Below, one piece after another: positions 19,647 through 29,097 of a stretch of DNA of 64,000 nucleotides; positions within the stretch are counted from its first letter, which is position 1, and every line of letters begins with the position of its first letter. Source of the DNA: Planctomycetota bacterium (GTDB lineage: Bacteria; Planctomycetota; UBA8108; SXIK01). The notes beneath the pieces are model-generated. The model did no database searches and was not told the origin of the DNA. It saw only the letters and a program-made list of their open reading frames with translations. Location of the stretch: positions 1,664,001-1,728,000 of the forward strand of contig CBDCXR010000004.1 in assembly GCA_965223845.1 (NCBI GenBank), given 5' to 3'. A program made the position numbers and the translations under genes.

Positions 19647-20963
19647 TCAACGAACGTCGATCCTCGCGCCGTCGCGGATGAGCTCGCTCGGATAAAGAAT
19701 GACCCGTTCTCCCTCGTCGAGGCCACTGAGGACTTGCGCTTCGAGCCCGTTCCTCCGGCCAGGTACCACGCGACGCTCTCGCGCGTACTCGTCCTCGACG
19801 ACGAAAACCGCCCAGCCGTCGCCGCGGCGAAAGAGCGCGCCGGTGGGCACGATGAGCACGTCGTCTTTCTCCCAGAGCACGATCCGGAGCTCCACACGAT
19901 ATCCGTCCCCGAGCGATGCCCACGCGGCGAGCTCGCCGACCGGATCGACGACGATGTTGACTCGCTGCTCCTCGACTCCGAGCGCCGACACTTTCGTAAA
20001 TCCACCCGGCTCGACGACGCGCACTCGCCCTTCGAGCGCGCGATCCGTTCCGTCCGGGAGCTCGCCGCCCCAGTCCCCGACGAGAACCGACATCCCCGGA
20101 GCCACCTTGACCGCGTCCTGCGAGAGAAAGTCGGCGACGATCTCGAGTGCGTCCGTGTTTCCGACCTCGAGGATCGGCGTCCCGGCCTCGAGCGTGCGAG
20201 CGCTTTCCTCGAACACGCGAAGTACCGTGCCTTCGATCGGAGAGCGGAGGAGGAGTCGGCCGGACTCGCTCTCCCGTTCGTCGGGAACGAGCAAATACTC
20301 CTCGGTTCGAAGCGGGGGGACGTCGATCGGGTCGGGCTGAGTTCCCGTCCGACCCGCCTCGTCATCCTCCGCACTCGATTCGACGAGACTCGCGCTCGCG
20401 AGTTCGCGCTCGTAGCGGGCGACCTCGACGTCGAGCTCGGCGGCTCGGAGTCCCTCCCGCGCACTCATCTCATCGCGTACCGCGCGGTCGAGTGCCTCCT
20501 CCGGAAGACTTCCGCGGGCGCGGAGCTCCTTCACGCGCTGGAGCTCGGTCTCGGCGAGACGCAGGTCGGCTGCCGCCTGCGCCTGACGCGCCTCACCGGC
20601 GCGGAACGCGGCATCGGCTCGGCTCACGCGGGCCACCGCCTCGCCCCGGCTCCGCGCGTCGAGGAGGCTCGGCGCGACGGGCACAAACTCCGCAACGAGC
20701 GTCTCGCGAACACGCACCGGATCGCCGGGCTCGAGCGCCGTCCGGAGCAGCCGTCCGGCGATCGGCGCGCTGATCGTATATCGTTCGCGGACTCGCGTCT
20801 GGCCATCGTCGTCGACGGTGACCCGGAGCGTGCCGCGTGATACCACTGCCGCGTCCGCGATCACGGCCGCCGGTCGAAACGAGTACGCGAGCGCGGCGAT
20901 GGCGCCGAGACCGGCAGCGATCCAGACGACTCGCCGCTTCCAAGTTCGCTTCGCTGGTTTCAT
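19647..20963 (-). CDS. Efflux periplasmic adaptor subunit (HlyD/MFP)
   Basis: N-terminal anchor; ISAPIAG lipoyl half, coiled coil, LRSPIEG; FTKVSALGVEEQRV. Confidence 0.92.
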   Translation of the reverse strand: MKPAKRTWKRRVVWIAAGLGAIAALAYSFRPAAVIADAAVVSRGTLRVTVDDDGQTRVRERYTISAPIAGRLLRTALEPGDPVRVRETLVAEFVPVAPSLLDARSRGEAVARVSRADAAFRAGEARQAQAAADLRLAETELQRVKELRARGSLPEEALDRAVRDEMSAREGLRAAELDVEVARYERELASASLVESSAEDDEAGRTGTQPDPIDVPPLRTEEYLLVPDERESESGRLLLRSPIEGTVLRVFEESARTLEAGTPILEVGNTDALEIVADFLSQDAVKVAPGMSVLVGDWGGELPDGTDRALEGRVRVVEPGGFTKVSALGVEEQRVNIVVDPVGELAAWASLGDGYRVELRIVLWEKDDVLIVPTGALFRRGDGWAVFVVEDEYARERRVVPGRRNGLEAQVLSGLDEGERVILYPSELIRDGARIDVR

Positions 20964-20967
20964 GGAG

Positions 20968-23337
20968 TCAGTCCCGAGCCTTGAGTACGTCAACGATATC
21001 CATTTGGTCGAGTTTTCGCCGGGCGATCCAGACGGAGATCCCCGCAGCGACGAGAACGGTGAGGACCGCGAGCGCGTACGTTCGCGAATCGATTACGAGC
21101 GGAAGGCGAAACTGCTCGGAATCGAAACCGGGACTCGCGACCAAGAGTGCAGCCAGCCCGCGTCCTCCGAGGAGTCCGAGAGGAATCGCAAACGCGAGAA
21201 CGACCGCGATTTCGCCGACGAGCAGCGCGGCGACTTCGCCTCGCCGGTATCCGAGGACACGGAGGCTCGCTAGCTCGCGGGCGCGCTCCGAGAGAGCGAT
21301 CCGAATCGTGTTGTAGAGGACGCCGAGCGCCATGACGAGCGAGAAGCCTAGGCTGGTCGCGACGTAGGTTCCGAGGTGTTCCCGAATGAGCTTCTGAGCC
21401 AGTTGAAGAACGGAACTCCGCGACGCGACGCCGGAGAGTAAGGGCGTCTCTTTGATGGTCGCGTGGAGAGCGGGGAGCTCCGCTTCGTCGATGAGAAGGT
21501 GGGCGCCGCTCAGACTTCGCGTCTCGCCGAGAAGTCTAGAGAGAGCTCTGAGGTTCATGTGGGTCGTGGTGCCGACGTAGGTCTCGGCGATGCGGGCGAC
21601 GTGCACGTCGCGACGGAGACGCGCACCTTCGAGAACTTCGACGCGCACGGAATCGCCCGCTTCGACCCCGAGGACCTGCGCGAGCCGTCGCGCCATGACG
21701 AGCCCCGAGGGCGGAATGGCGACCGGCTGCCGATTCGTGTCGAGCAAGGTCGTGAGTTCCGAATCCGACGGAGTCCCGATGATCGCCCCGTTTCTTGTCT
21801 GCGTCCCGCGGCGAAAGCGTACCGGTACCGTGCGGTACGGCTCGGCGTGTTGCACGCCGGGAAGCTCCTCGATCGACGAGATCGCATCGACCGAGCGCGG
21901 CGACGAAAGGGTGAGACTCACGTCTTCGCGGCGCTGTACCCCGAACTCGATGTTGAGCATGTGCTGAAGGGCGTCGAAGAAGAACGCGTTCATGATCGTG
22001 AGCGCCGTGGCCATCGCGACTCCGAGCACGGCGAAGATCGTGCGGCGTGGTCGCCGCTCGAGCTCGCGGAGCACGCTGCGGAGCGTCACGGGAAGAGACT
22101 CTCCGAATCCTGCCCGCTCGACGATCGTCGGACGGTAGGAGGGCGGAGCGGGAGGACGCATGGCCTCGGCGGGCGGGAGAACGACGCTGCTCCGCACTGC
22201 TCCCCACGCTCCGCCGGCGGCCGCCACAACGCTGAGGGCGACCCCCTCGATCGTTTCGCGCACTCCGAGGACGAACGGCAGTTCCGGGAAGCGGAAGTAT
22301 TCGGCGTACTGCCGAGTCATCGCGGCGCCGACCGACGCGGCGAGAAGCACGCCGAGGACGCAGCCGACCAAGACGACGGCGCTGACCAACTTCGCGTAGT
22401 GGAATCCGACCTCGCGGTCTCGATACCCGAACGCCTTCAGGATCGCGATCTTCTCGCGCTGTCCGGCGACGATGCGTCCGACCACGATGGAGAGAAGAAA
22501 GGCGGCGACGATGAGAAAGATCGTGGGGACGAGGACGGCGAAGGTTCGGAGTTGGGCGAGCTCGTTCGAGAGAAACCACGCCGACGCCTGATCGCGGCGC
22601 GCGATCGCGCCGATCCCGCCGTAGCGATCCAGGCGGGCGTCGACGCGCTGGATGATCTCACCGAGGAGCGCATCGGTCGACACGCGGAGCGAGACGTCGT
22701 TGAAAGCCCCGTCGACGTCGAACGCCGCCGCGAGCGGCTCTCTACGCATCCACAGAATCCCGTAGCGTCGATCGTCCGGGAAGATCGAGCTCGGTCCGAT
22801 CGCGTAGGTGAACTCGGGGGAGAGGCACGTGCCGACGACGGTGAGCTCCTCGTGCCGGCCGTTGATCACGGCGCCGATTCTCGCCCCGAGCTCGAGATCG
22901 TGTGCTGCGAAGAATGCCTCATTCGCGATCACCTCGTCGCTCCTTCGCGGGGCGGGTAGCCGGCCGGAGCGCAGGCGGAGATCGTTGACCGCCGGCCGGC
23001 CGCGATCCGGAATGGACACGAGCCGACCACTGACGGCTTCCGCCATCCGCGGAACATCGAGTGTCACTTCCGCGACGACACGCGTCTCGACTGCCTCGAC
23101 CCCGGGAATCGCGGCGAGCGTCGAGGCGACGCTCTCGGGAGCTCGTTCGAGCGACGCGAAGACGTGGCCGAACCGTTCGTGCGCGTAGTAGGACGCGCGC
23201 GCGGCTTCGAGAGATCGCATCGTCGAGCGCATTCCGAGGTAGACGCCGACTCCGCAGGCGATCACGAGCGCGATCGCGATGAGCTGACCGCGGAGTTGCG
23301 CTAGATCACGGAGAACCTTGATGTCGAGCGCGCGCAT
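20968..23337 (-). CDS. ABC transporter permease (FtsX/MacB type, duplicated)
   Basis: Two FtsX-like halves with REKIAILKAFGY and ERARELASLRVLGY. Confidence 0.93.
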   Translation of the reverse strand: MRALDIKVLRDLAQLRGQLIAIALVIACGVGVYLGMRSTMRSLEAARASYYAHERFGHVFASLERAPESVASTLAAIPGVEAVETRVVAEVTLDVPRMAEAVSGRLVSIPDRGRPAVNDLRLRSGRLPAPRRSDEVIANEAFFAAHDLELGARIGAVINGRHEELTVVGTCLSPEFTYAIGPSSIFPDDRRYGILWMRREPLAAAFDVDGAFNDVSLRVSTDALLGEIIQRVDARLDRYGGIGAIARRDQASAWFLSNELAQLRTFAVLVPTIFLIVAAFLLSIVVGRIVAGQREKIAILKAFGYRDREVGFHYAKLVSAVVLVGCVLGVLLAASVGAAMTRQYAEYFRFPELPFVLGVRETIEGVALSVVAAAGGAWGAVRSSVVLPPAEAMRPPAPPSYRPTIVERAGFGESLPVTLRSVLRELERRPRRTIFAVLGVAMATALTIMNAFFFDALQHMLNIEFGVQRREDVSLTLSSPRSVDAISSIEELPGVQHAEPYRTVPVRFRRGTQTRNGAIIGTPSDSELTTLLDTNRQPVAIPPSGLVMARRLAQVLGVEAGDSVRVEVLEGARLRRDVHVARIAETYVGTTTHMNLRALSRLLGETRSLSGAHLLIDEAELPALHATIKETPLLSGVASRSSVLQLAQKLIREHLGTYVATSLGFSLVMALGVLYNTIRIALSERARELASLRVLGYRRGEVAALLVGEIAVVLAFAIPLGLLGGRGLAALLVASPGFDSEQFRLPLVIDSRTYALAVLTVLVAAGISVWIARRKLDQMDIVDVLKARD

Positions 23338-23340
23338 GCC

Positions 23341-24096
23341 TCACCAAAAGATCGCGTCCGGGGAGACCGGAGTCTCGTTCCGTTCGTCGCTCGCGATCTT
23401 CCCGCCCGCGATGCGGACGACTCGGTCCGCGATCGCGCCGATCGCCGCGTTGTGGGTGATGATCGCCGTCGCTGTACCGAGCTCGCGGTTGACGCTGCGG
23501 AGCGCGCGCAGAACGATCTTTCCGGTTTCGACGTCTAGGGCTCCGGTCGGTTCGTCGCAAAGGAGCACGTCCGGGCGCTTCGCGATGGCGCGCGCGATCG
23601 CCACCCGCTGTTGCTCGCCGCCGGAGAGCTGCGCCGGAAAGTGATCGACGCGATCGGCGAGGCCGACGATCGTGAGCGCCTCGCCCGGATCCATCGGCGC
23701 GGTCGCGATCTCGGTCACGATCCGTACGTTTTCGAGCGCCGTCAAACTCGGGATGAGATTGTAGAACTGGAACACGAATCCGATGTGTTCCCGCCGGAAC
23801 TCGGTGAGTCGATCGCCCTCGTTCGAGAGATCCTCGCCGCGGTAGGCGATCCGTCCCGTCGAGGGAACGTCCAATCCGCCGAGGATGTGAAGGAGAGTCG
23901 ACTTTCCGCTTCCGGAGGGGCCGAGGAGAACGAGAAGCTCGCCCGCGCGGAGCTCGAAGTCGGTCTCGCGGAGGGCGTGAACGGTGATCTCGCCCATCGG
24001 ATACATCTTAGAGACGCCGTGAAGCGATAGAATCGGCACTTCACCCGTTGTGGGTTCCGCCGGATCGGTCATCGCGTTCGTGTCGCGCGTCGCCAT
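23341..24096 (-). CDS. ABC transporter ATP-binding protein (LolD/MacB-like)
   Basis: [34 protein letters not shown]. Confidence 0.96.
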   Translation of the reverse strand: MATRDTNAMTDPAEPTTGEVPILSLHGVSKMYPMGEITVHALRETDFELRAGELLVLLGPSGSGKSTLLHILGGLDVPSTGRIAYRGEDLSNEGDRLTEFRREHIGFVFQFYNLIPSLTALENVRIVTEIATAPMDPGEALTIVGLADRVDHFPAQLSGGEQQRVAIARAIAKRPDVLLCDEPTGALDVETGKIVLRALRSVNRELGTATAIITHNAAIGAIADRVVRIAGGKIASDERNETPVSPDAIFW

Positions 24097-24120
24097 CGAG
24101 TTTCACCTCTTCCCCTCACC

Positions 24121-24603
24121 ATGACCTTTTCCCAACTCTTTCGCTACGAATTCTGGGCGACCCGTCGCTGGTTCGATCGCCTCCGTGCGCTCCCCGAGGT
24201 CATTCCCGAAATCGTGGGCCTCTTCGCCCACAATCTGGCTGGGCTCGAGCTCTGGGCGCTTCGACTCGAAGGGAGAGAGAGTCGCGACGTTCCCGTGTGG
24301 CCGGATCTCACTCTCGACGAGTGTGAATCGCGCATCGCTTCGCTCGAACGAAGGTATGCCGCCCTCGGTCTTTTCGAGCGCGAGCCGACTCCCGCCGAGC
24401 TCACTCGCATCGTCGAGTACTCGAACCAGCACGATCTCGCGTACGCGACCCAGGTGGGGGACATCCTCTGGCATCTCCTCATCCACGGGGGGTACCACCG
24501 GGGACAAATCGCCCGTCGAGTTCGTGAGCTCGGACACGATCCGGTGAACACGGACTACATCACCTACGTGCGCGAGCTCGCGGGCGAGGAGTGGAAGCCG
24601 TAG
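24121..24603 (+). CDS. DinB family protein
   Basis: LFRYEFWA..., AH, HLLIHGGYHRGQI...DYI motifs. Confidence 0.88.
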   Translation: MTFSQLFRYEFWATRRWFDRLRALPEVIPEIVGLFAHNLAGLELWALRLEGRESRDVPVWPDLTLDECESRIASLERRYAALGLFEREPTPAELTRIVEYSNQHDLAYATQVGDILWHLLIHGGYHRGQIARRVRELGHDPVNTDYITYVRELAGEEWKP

Positions 24604-24642
24604 CCGACGTCCGGCAGCGGGTAGGATCCGATTCGTTTCGAG

Positions 24643-25140
24643 CTACTCGTGCCGAACGTGGAGACTCGACGTTCCGATCTGCGCGCGAGGTTTTTTCGTC
24701 GCCCCCGCGTCTCGTCGCCGGAGCTTTCGGTGGAGGCCGCCGAGCCACGTTCGCGACGAGTCTCGAAGTGCGTGATCGAGGAGGACCTCGAGCCGCTCGA
24801 GCACCTCGCTCGAGAGCACGTGCTCGAGTCGACACACCTCTGCACGGGCGGTGCGTTCGTCCATCGCGAGGACGTCGATGAGGAGCGTTTGGAGACAGCG
24901 ATCGCGGCGGTGCACCGCCTCGGCGGCGACGATTCCCTGACGCGTAATCTCGACCGTGCCGTAGCGCTGATGTACGACCAGTCCGGCGTCCGCGAGGCGG
25001 CGAACCGCTCGGGTGACACTCGGCATGCGGACGCCGGCGGCGTCCGCGATATCGCGGATCCGAATCGGCCGGCCGGTGCCCGACAGGCGATGGATGTGCT
25101 CGAGGTAGTTTTCCTGACAGGGGGTGAGTTCGTGCGCCAC
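24643..25140 (-). CDS. DtxR/MntR-family metal-dependent repressor
   Basis: LT..QENYLE.I, wHTH IADAAGVRMPSVT.AVRRL, and CRLEH metal-site helix. Confidence 0.92.
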   Translation of the reverse strand: MAHELTPCQENYLEHIHRLSGTGRPIRIRDIADAAGVRMPSVTRAVRRLADAGLVVHQRYGTVEITRQGIVAAEAVHRRDRCLQTLLIDVLAMDERTARAEVCRLEHVLSSEVLERLEVLLDHALRDSSRTWLGGLHRKLRRRDAGATKKPRAQIGTSSLHVRHE

Positions 25141-25184
25141 CGCGAGATCCTCGATGTGAAAACGGGGAGAGGACGGGAATTCAG

Positions 25185-25212
25185 TTGACCGGGCTCGCGA
25201 GTGCGGTAACCT
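25185..25212 (+). promoter_or_regulatory. Putative sigma70 promoter for the porin-Rieske-DHOR operon
   Basis: TTGACC-N16-TAACCT immediately upstream of the operator-like boxes. Confidence 0.45.
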
Positions 25213-25223
25213 GATCCGGAAAT

Positions 25224-25290
25224 AAAGTTACCTCACGCTAAGTTCGCTTAGCGAGTTTTTTTTGCGAGAGACTTAGCCTCGGGTAACTTT
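25224..25290. promoter_or_regulatory. Two inverted DtxR/MntR-type operator-like boxes
   Basis: AAAGTTACCTCACGCTAAGT (25224-25243) and ACTTAGCCTCGGGTAACTTT (25271-25290) are near reverse complements; each is an imperfect TTA(G/C)-N-(C/G)TAA palindrome in an AT-rich island. Confidence 0.75.
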
Positions 25291-25366
25291 TGCCGTCCGT
25301 GTCGCGCGGGTCCCGATCGCCATCGTGATCTTTCGAGCCGCCGGCAGACCGACCCTCGAGTGACTC

Positions 25367-26884
25367 ATGCCCGGATACCTCTCAGGGATGCTGAAAACTC
25401 CGTACGTCGAGACCTCGTCGATTTCGCAGCCGTTCGCGCCGGCGGGGCATGGCTGCCCGCGAGCGAGATTCTTCCGCGCCGCGCTCGTCCTCGTCGTCGC
25501 CGGCGGCGCCTTGGGCGTGTCGAGTCCTGTCTCGGCTCAGATCGACATCGAGAGCGGAACGCTCGGCCGCCCGAGAGTCCGACGTGACACGAGCGAGCGA
25601 GAGGAGATCGAGAGACTACGCGGCGAACTGGCCGAAATCGAACGAGCGATCGAACGCCTCGAGGCGCCCGACGAAGAACTGGAGCCCCAACCGAGCGACC
25701 CCGAGGACAGCGGGGTCGAGCTCGAGCCGTTCTGGGACCGCGAACGGCTCGCGATTCCGCGTGCTCTTCGCGGAATCGAGGACAAACCCTTTCTCGCGAG
25801 CCTGTGGCGGCGTGCCTACGTCGGCGGCTACACCGAGCTCGAGTACCATTCCTTCGAAGACGGAATCCAGGGCATCCCCGAAGGGTTTCGGATGCACCGG
25901 ACGAATCTTTTTCTCTTCACGGACGTCGCCGACAACGTCCGGTTCGCGAGCGAGATCGAGTTCGAGACCGAGTTCGACGGCGCGGAGAATTCGAACGACA
26001 TCGAAGTCGCGCTCGAGATGGCGATGCTCGACTGGACGATCTACGAGGAGTTCACCCTTCGGGGCGGGGTGATCCTCCCGCCTCTCGGGCGCATCAACGT
26101 GAATCACGATGGGCCCGTGCGAGAGTTCACGGAGCGCCCACTCGTCTCGACGTTCGTGATCCCGACGACCTTGTCGGAGGTCGGAGGAGGAGCGCACGGC
26201 GTCTTTTCGCTGAGCGATCGGTTCGCGCTCACGTACGAAGCGTACGCGGTGAACGGCTTCAATTTGCTCGACGCGTCCGGGGAGTTGGCGACGGGACCGA
26301 CCGAGATGCACGGGTTCCTGCGGGAAGGGCGCACGGCACTCGGCGGCGACGTCAACGACGGCATAGCGACGACGGGGCGCATCGGATTCGAGGTGGCAGA
26401 CGTGGTGCAAGTCGGCGGGTCGTGGCACGTGGGTACATACGACGAGCGAGGGGACAATCTCCTCTCGCTCGTTTCTGCCGACCTCGCCTGGGTCGCGGAA
26501 CCATTTTCCGTCGAGGGCGAGATCGCCGCCGCGGAGTTCGATCGCGACCGCTTCGCTCGAAGTGCCGGTGTCCCCGACCTCTATTGGGGCTTCTATCTAC
26601 AGGGCGCGTTCGGCGGGATGCCCGCGTTCCTCAGAGAGGCGGCACCCCACGTCTTCGGGGGCGACGGGGCGCGGCTCTCGCTCGCGCTCCGGTGGGACTG
26701 GATCGACCTCGACGGGGATCGCGGCGAGATCATCGAGCCCGGATTCAGCTTTCGTCCCGTCGCTGACACCGTCTTTAAGTTCTCGTATCGGTTCTCCCTG
26801 AGGAGTTTCGGGCTGCGCGGCGTGCCGGGCACCGAAACCTTTGACGATGATGGCTTCGTCTTCTCGCTCTCGACCTATTTCTGA
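25367..26884 (+). CDS. Outer-membrane porin-like beta-barrel protein
   Basis: Signal peptide; N-terminal coiled coil; GGYTELEY, FASEIEFE, INVNH..P...TERPLV...IPTT.SEVG; terminal aromatic STYF. Confidence 0.75.
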   Translation: MPGYLSGMLKTPYVETSSISQPFAPAGHGCPRARFFRAALVLVVAGGALGVSSPVSAQIDIESGTLGRPRVRRDTSEREEIERLRGELAEIERAIERLEAPDEELEPQPSDPEDSGVELEPFWDRERLAIPRALRGIEDKPFLASLWRRAYVGGYTELEYHSFEDGIQGIPEGFRMHRTNLFLFTDVADNVRFASEIEFETEFDGAENSNDIEVALEMAMLDWTIYEEFTLRGGVILPPLGRINVNHDGPVREFTERPLVSTFVIPTTLSEVGGGAHGVFSLSDRFALTYEAYAVNGFNLLDASGELATGPTEMHGFLREGRTALGGDVNDGIATTGRIGFEVADVVQVGGSWHVGTYDERGDNLLSLVSADLAWVAEPFSVEGEIAAAEFDRDRFARSAGVPDLYWGFYLQGAFGGMPAFLREAAPHVFGGDGARLSLALRWDWIDLDGDRGEIIEPGFSFRPVADTVFKFSYRFSLRSFGLRGVPGTETFDDDGFVFSLSTYF

Positions 26885-27353
26885 TCTCAGCTCGAGCGGA
26901 ATCTCTGGCCGCGAGGCAGCGACCACTCCGCTCCCGCTCGAGCGCCGTGACTTTCTCCGCCGCGGCTCCGCTGGGGCGAGCGCGTTTCTCGCGTGTCTCT
27001 CCGGCTGCACTCTTCCCGTGCGGACGATTCGCTCACCGAACTCGGCGCAGATCGAGATTCCGCTCGACCGCTATCCCGAGCTCGCGTCCGCGGGCGGTCG
27101 TGTGCGAGTTCTCCACCCGACCGCACGGCTGGTCTTCGTCACGAGGACCGATGCGGGCGTGACCGCCCTCTCGGGTGTGTGTACTCACCAGGGCTGCGAG
27201 GTCGAATCGGCCGGGAGTGGATTCCGCTGTCCCTGTCACGGCTCGAGCTTCGATGCCGAAGGAGCGCGGCAGGGTGGACCGGCCAGGCGGGCGCTCCGCG
27301 AATATCCGGCGCGTGTCGTTGACGAGCTGGTCATAGTGAAACTGAATGGATGA
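26847..27353 (+). CDS. Small Rieske [2Fe-2S] Tat lipoprotein
   Basis: RRDFLR twin-Arg plus LSGC lipobox; CTHQGC and CPCHGS; start uncertain. Confidence 0.9.
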   Translation: MMASSSRSRPISDLSSSGISGREAATTPLPLERRDFLRRGSAGASAFLACLSGCTLPVRTIRSPNSAQIEIPLDRYPELASAGGRVRVLHPTARLVFVTRTDAGVTALSGVCTHQGCEVESAGSGFRCPCHGSSFDAEGARQGGPARRALREYPARVVDELVIVKLNG

Positions 27354-29008
27354 GGACGATGGCCCGACTCGATGGTGCTAGCGAATCCCTTCCCCGCGTG
27401 GGCCGGTCTCGCCCTTGTTCACCGCGAACCGGAATTTCGACGGCCGCGCTCGCCTTCGCGCTCGTCGTCGCGGGGTGCAAAGGAGGTACGGACGGCCCGG
27501 GCGCGACGTCGCTCGATCCTCCCGCCGAGCCGGATCCGCCGGGCGACGTTCCCGCGTTCCCGTTCGTTGCTCACGTCGACCAAGTTCGCATCACGAGCGG
27601 CGCGATTCTCTTCGACGAGCTGTTCGTTCTCGGCGACGAGTTCTTCGAAGCCGAGTTCAATTCCCTCGACGGCGCGGGGGCGCTCCTCCTTCCCGATGGA
27701 ACTCCGCTGCCGAGTCGATTCTCGCGCGTGCCTCCCGGCGGTGGACGCTTCACCGGTCCGAACGCGCAGGCTTGCTCCGCATGTCACAACGCTCCTCTGC
27801 CGACATCGGCGGGCGAAGCGGCGAGCAACGTCGCGCAAGATCCGTCGGGGACCGGCATGCCGCCGTTCAATCGGAGGAATCCGATCAGTCTCTTCGGATC
27901 AGGCGTCATCCAGCGACTCGCCGAGGAGATCACCGAAGACCTCCTCGCTCTCAAGTCTGCGGCCGAGCTCGACGCGGTCCCCGGAGGCGCGCCCGTCTCA
28001 CGAAGGCTCACCTCGAAGGGAATCGACTTCGGCGAAATTTCGGTCACGCGAGCGCTCGATGGTACGGTCGACCTAGACGCGTCGGGCGTCGAGGGCATCG
28101 ATCCGGATCTCGTCGTTCGGCCGTTCGGCTGGAAAGGGAACGCGACGACCCTGCGAGACTTCGTGCGGGGCGCGTCGCGGAACGAGCTCGGAATGGAGGC
28201 GGATGAGCTCGTCGCTCGGGACGCGCTCGGTCGGGACGATCCCGACGGCGACGGGATCGTGGGGGAGTTCTCGGTCGGTGACATCACCGCGCTCACGATC
28301 TACTGCGCGGCGCAAGAAGTGCCGACGACCACGGCTCGCCTCGCCCGAGAGGGATTTGCAGCGCCGCCGCCCGCGGAAACGGCGGTGGCGATTGCGCGCG
28401 GGCGGGAGCTCTTCGAGCTCATCGGCTGCGCGGAGTGCCACGTTCCGGCCCTCACGCTGCGCGTTCCGACTTTCGAAGAGCCGACCACGCGCGGCGGTGG
28501 CAAGTTCTTCGACACGACGATCGATCCGATCGCGACTGGACTCGATCCCGCACGCCCGTTTCGATTCGACCTCGTGCGCGAGGGGGACGCGCCTCGACTC
28601 GAGCTCGACCGAGAGGGTCGGGCGGTCGCCAAAGTCTTCGGCGATTTCAAGCGCCACCGGATGGGGCGCGCGCTCGCGGACGCGCAGCCGACGGCGGTGA
28701 CCACTGCGGACGGCGATCCGCTCGAGATCGACGGTGCCTTCGTGGACGTTCCCGCCGACACATTCTTCACCCCCGAGCTTTGGGGGGTCGGGAACACCGG
28801 GCCTTGGCTTCACGACGGCCGCGCGGCATCGCTCGACGAAGCGATCGCACTCCACGGTGAGGACTCCCCGCCGCCGGTGGGCGATGCGGATCGGAGCGAG
28901 GCGCAGGAGTCACGCGACGCCTTCCTCGCACTCGACGACGACGATCGCGCGGCCGTGGTCGAGTTCTTGAAGAGCCTCGTCCTCGCTAGCTTCGAAGTCG
29001 AGGAGTGA
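27350..29008 (+). CDS. Di-heme oxidoreductase (DHOR)-family lipoprotein
   Basis: LVVAGC lipobox; CSACH and CAECH; FGWKG; TPELWGVG..PWLHDGRA.SL.EAI..HG. Confidence 0.88.
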   Translation: MRTMARLDGASESLPRVGRSRPCSPRTGISTAALAFALVVAGCKGGTDGPGATSLDPPAEPDPPGDVPAFPFVAHVDQVRITSGAILFDELFVLGDEFFEAEFNSLDGAGALLLPDGTPLPSRFSRVPPGGGRFTGPNAQACSACHNAPLPTSAGEAASNVAQDPSGTGMPPFNRRNPISLFGSGVIQRLAEEITEDLLALKSAAELDAVPGGAPVSRRLTSKGIDFGEISVTRALDGTVDLDASGVEGIDPDLVVRPFGWKGNATTLRDFVRGASRNELGMEADELVARDALGRDDPDGDGIVGEFSVGDITALTIYCAAQEVPTTTARLAREGFAAPPPAETAVAIARGRELFELIGCAECHVPALTLRVPTFEEPTTRGGGKFFDTTIDPIATGLDPARPFRFDLVREGDAPRLELDREGRAVAKVFGDFKRHRMGRALADAQPTAVTTADGDPLEIDGAFVDVPADTFFTPELWGVGNTGPWLHDGRAASLDEAIALHGEDSPPPVGDADRSEAQESRDAFLALDDDDRAAVVEFLKSLVLASFEVEE

Positions 29009-29097
29009 GGACGAGAGGGCTCGCGGATCGCCGCATCGGTTTGTAGGGCGCGCCGGGCCCGGGTACCGGTCCAGAGGGTCGGCCGGTACGAACCGTA

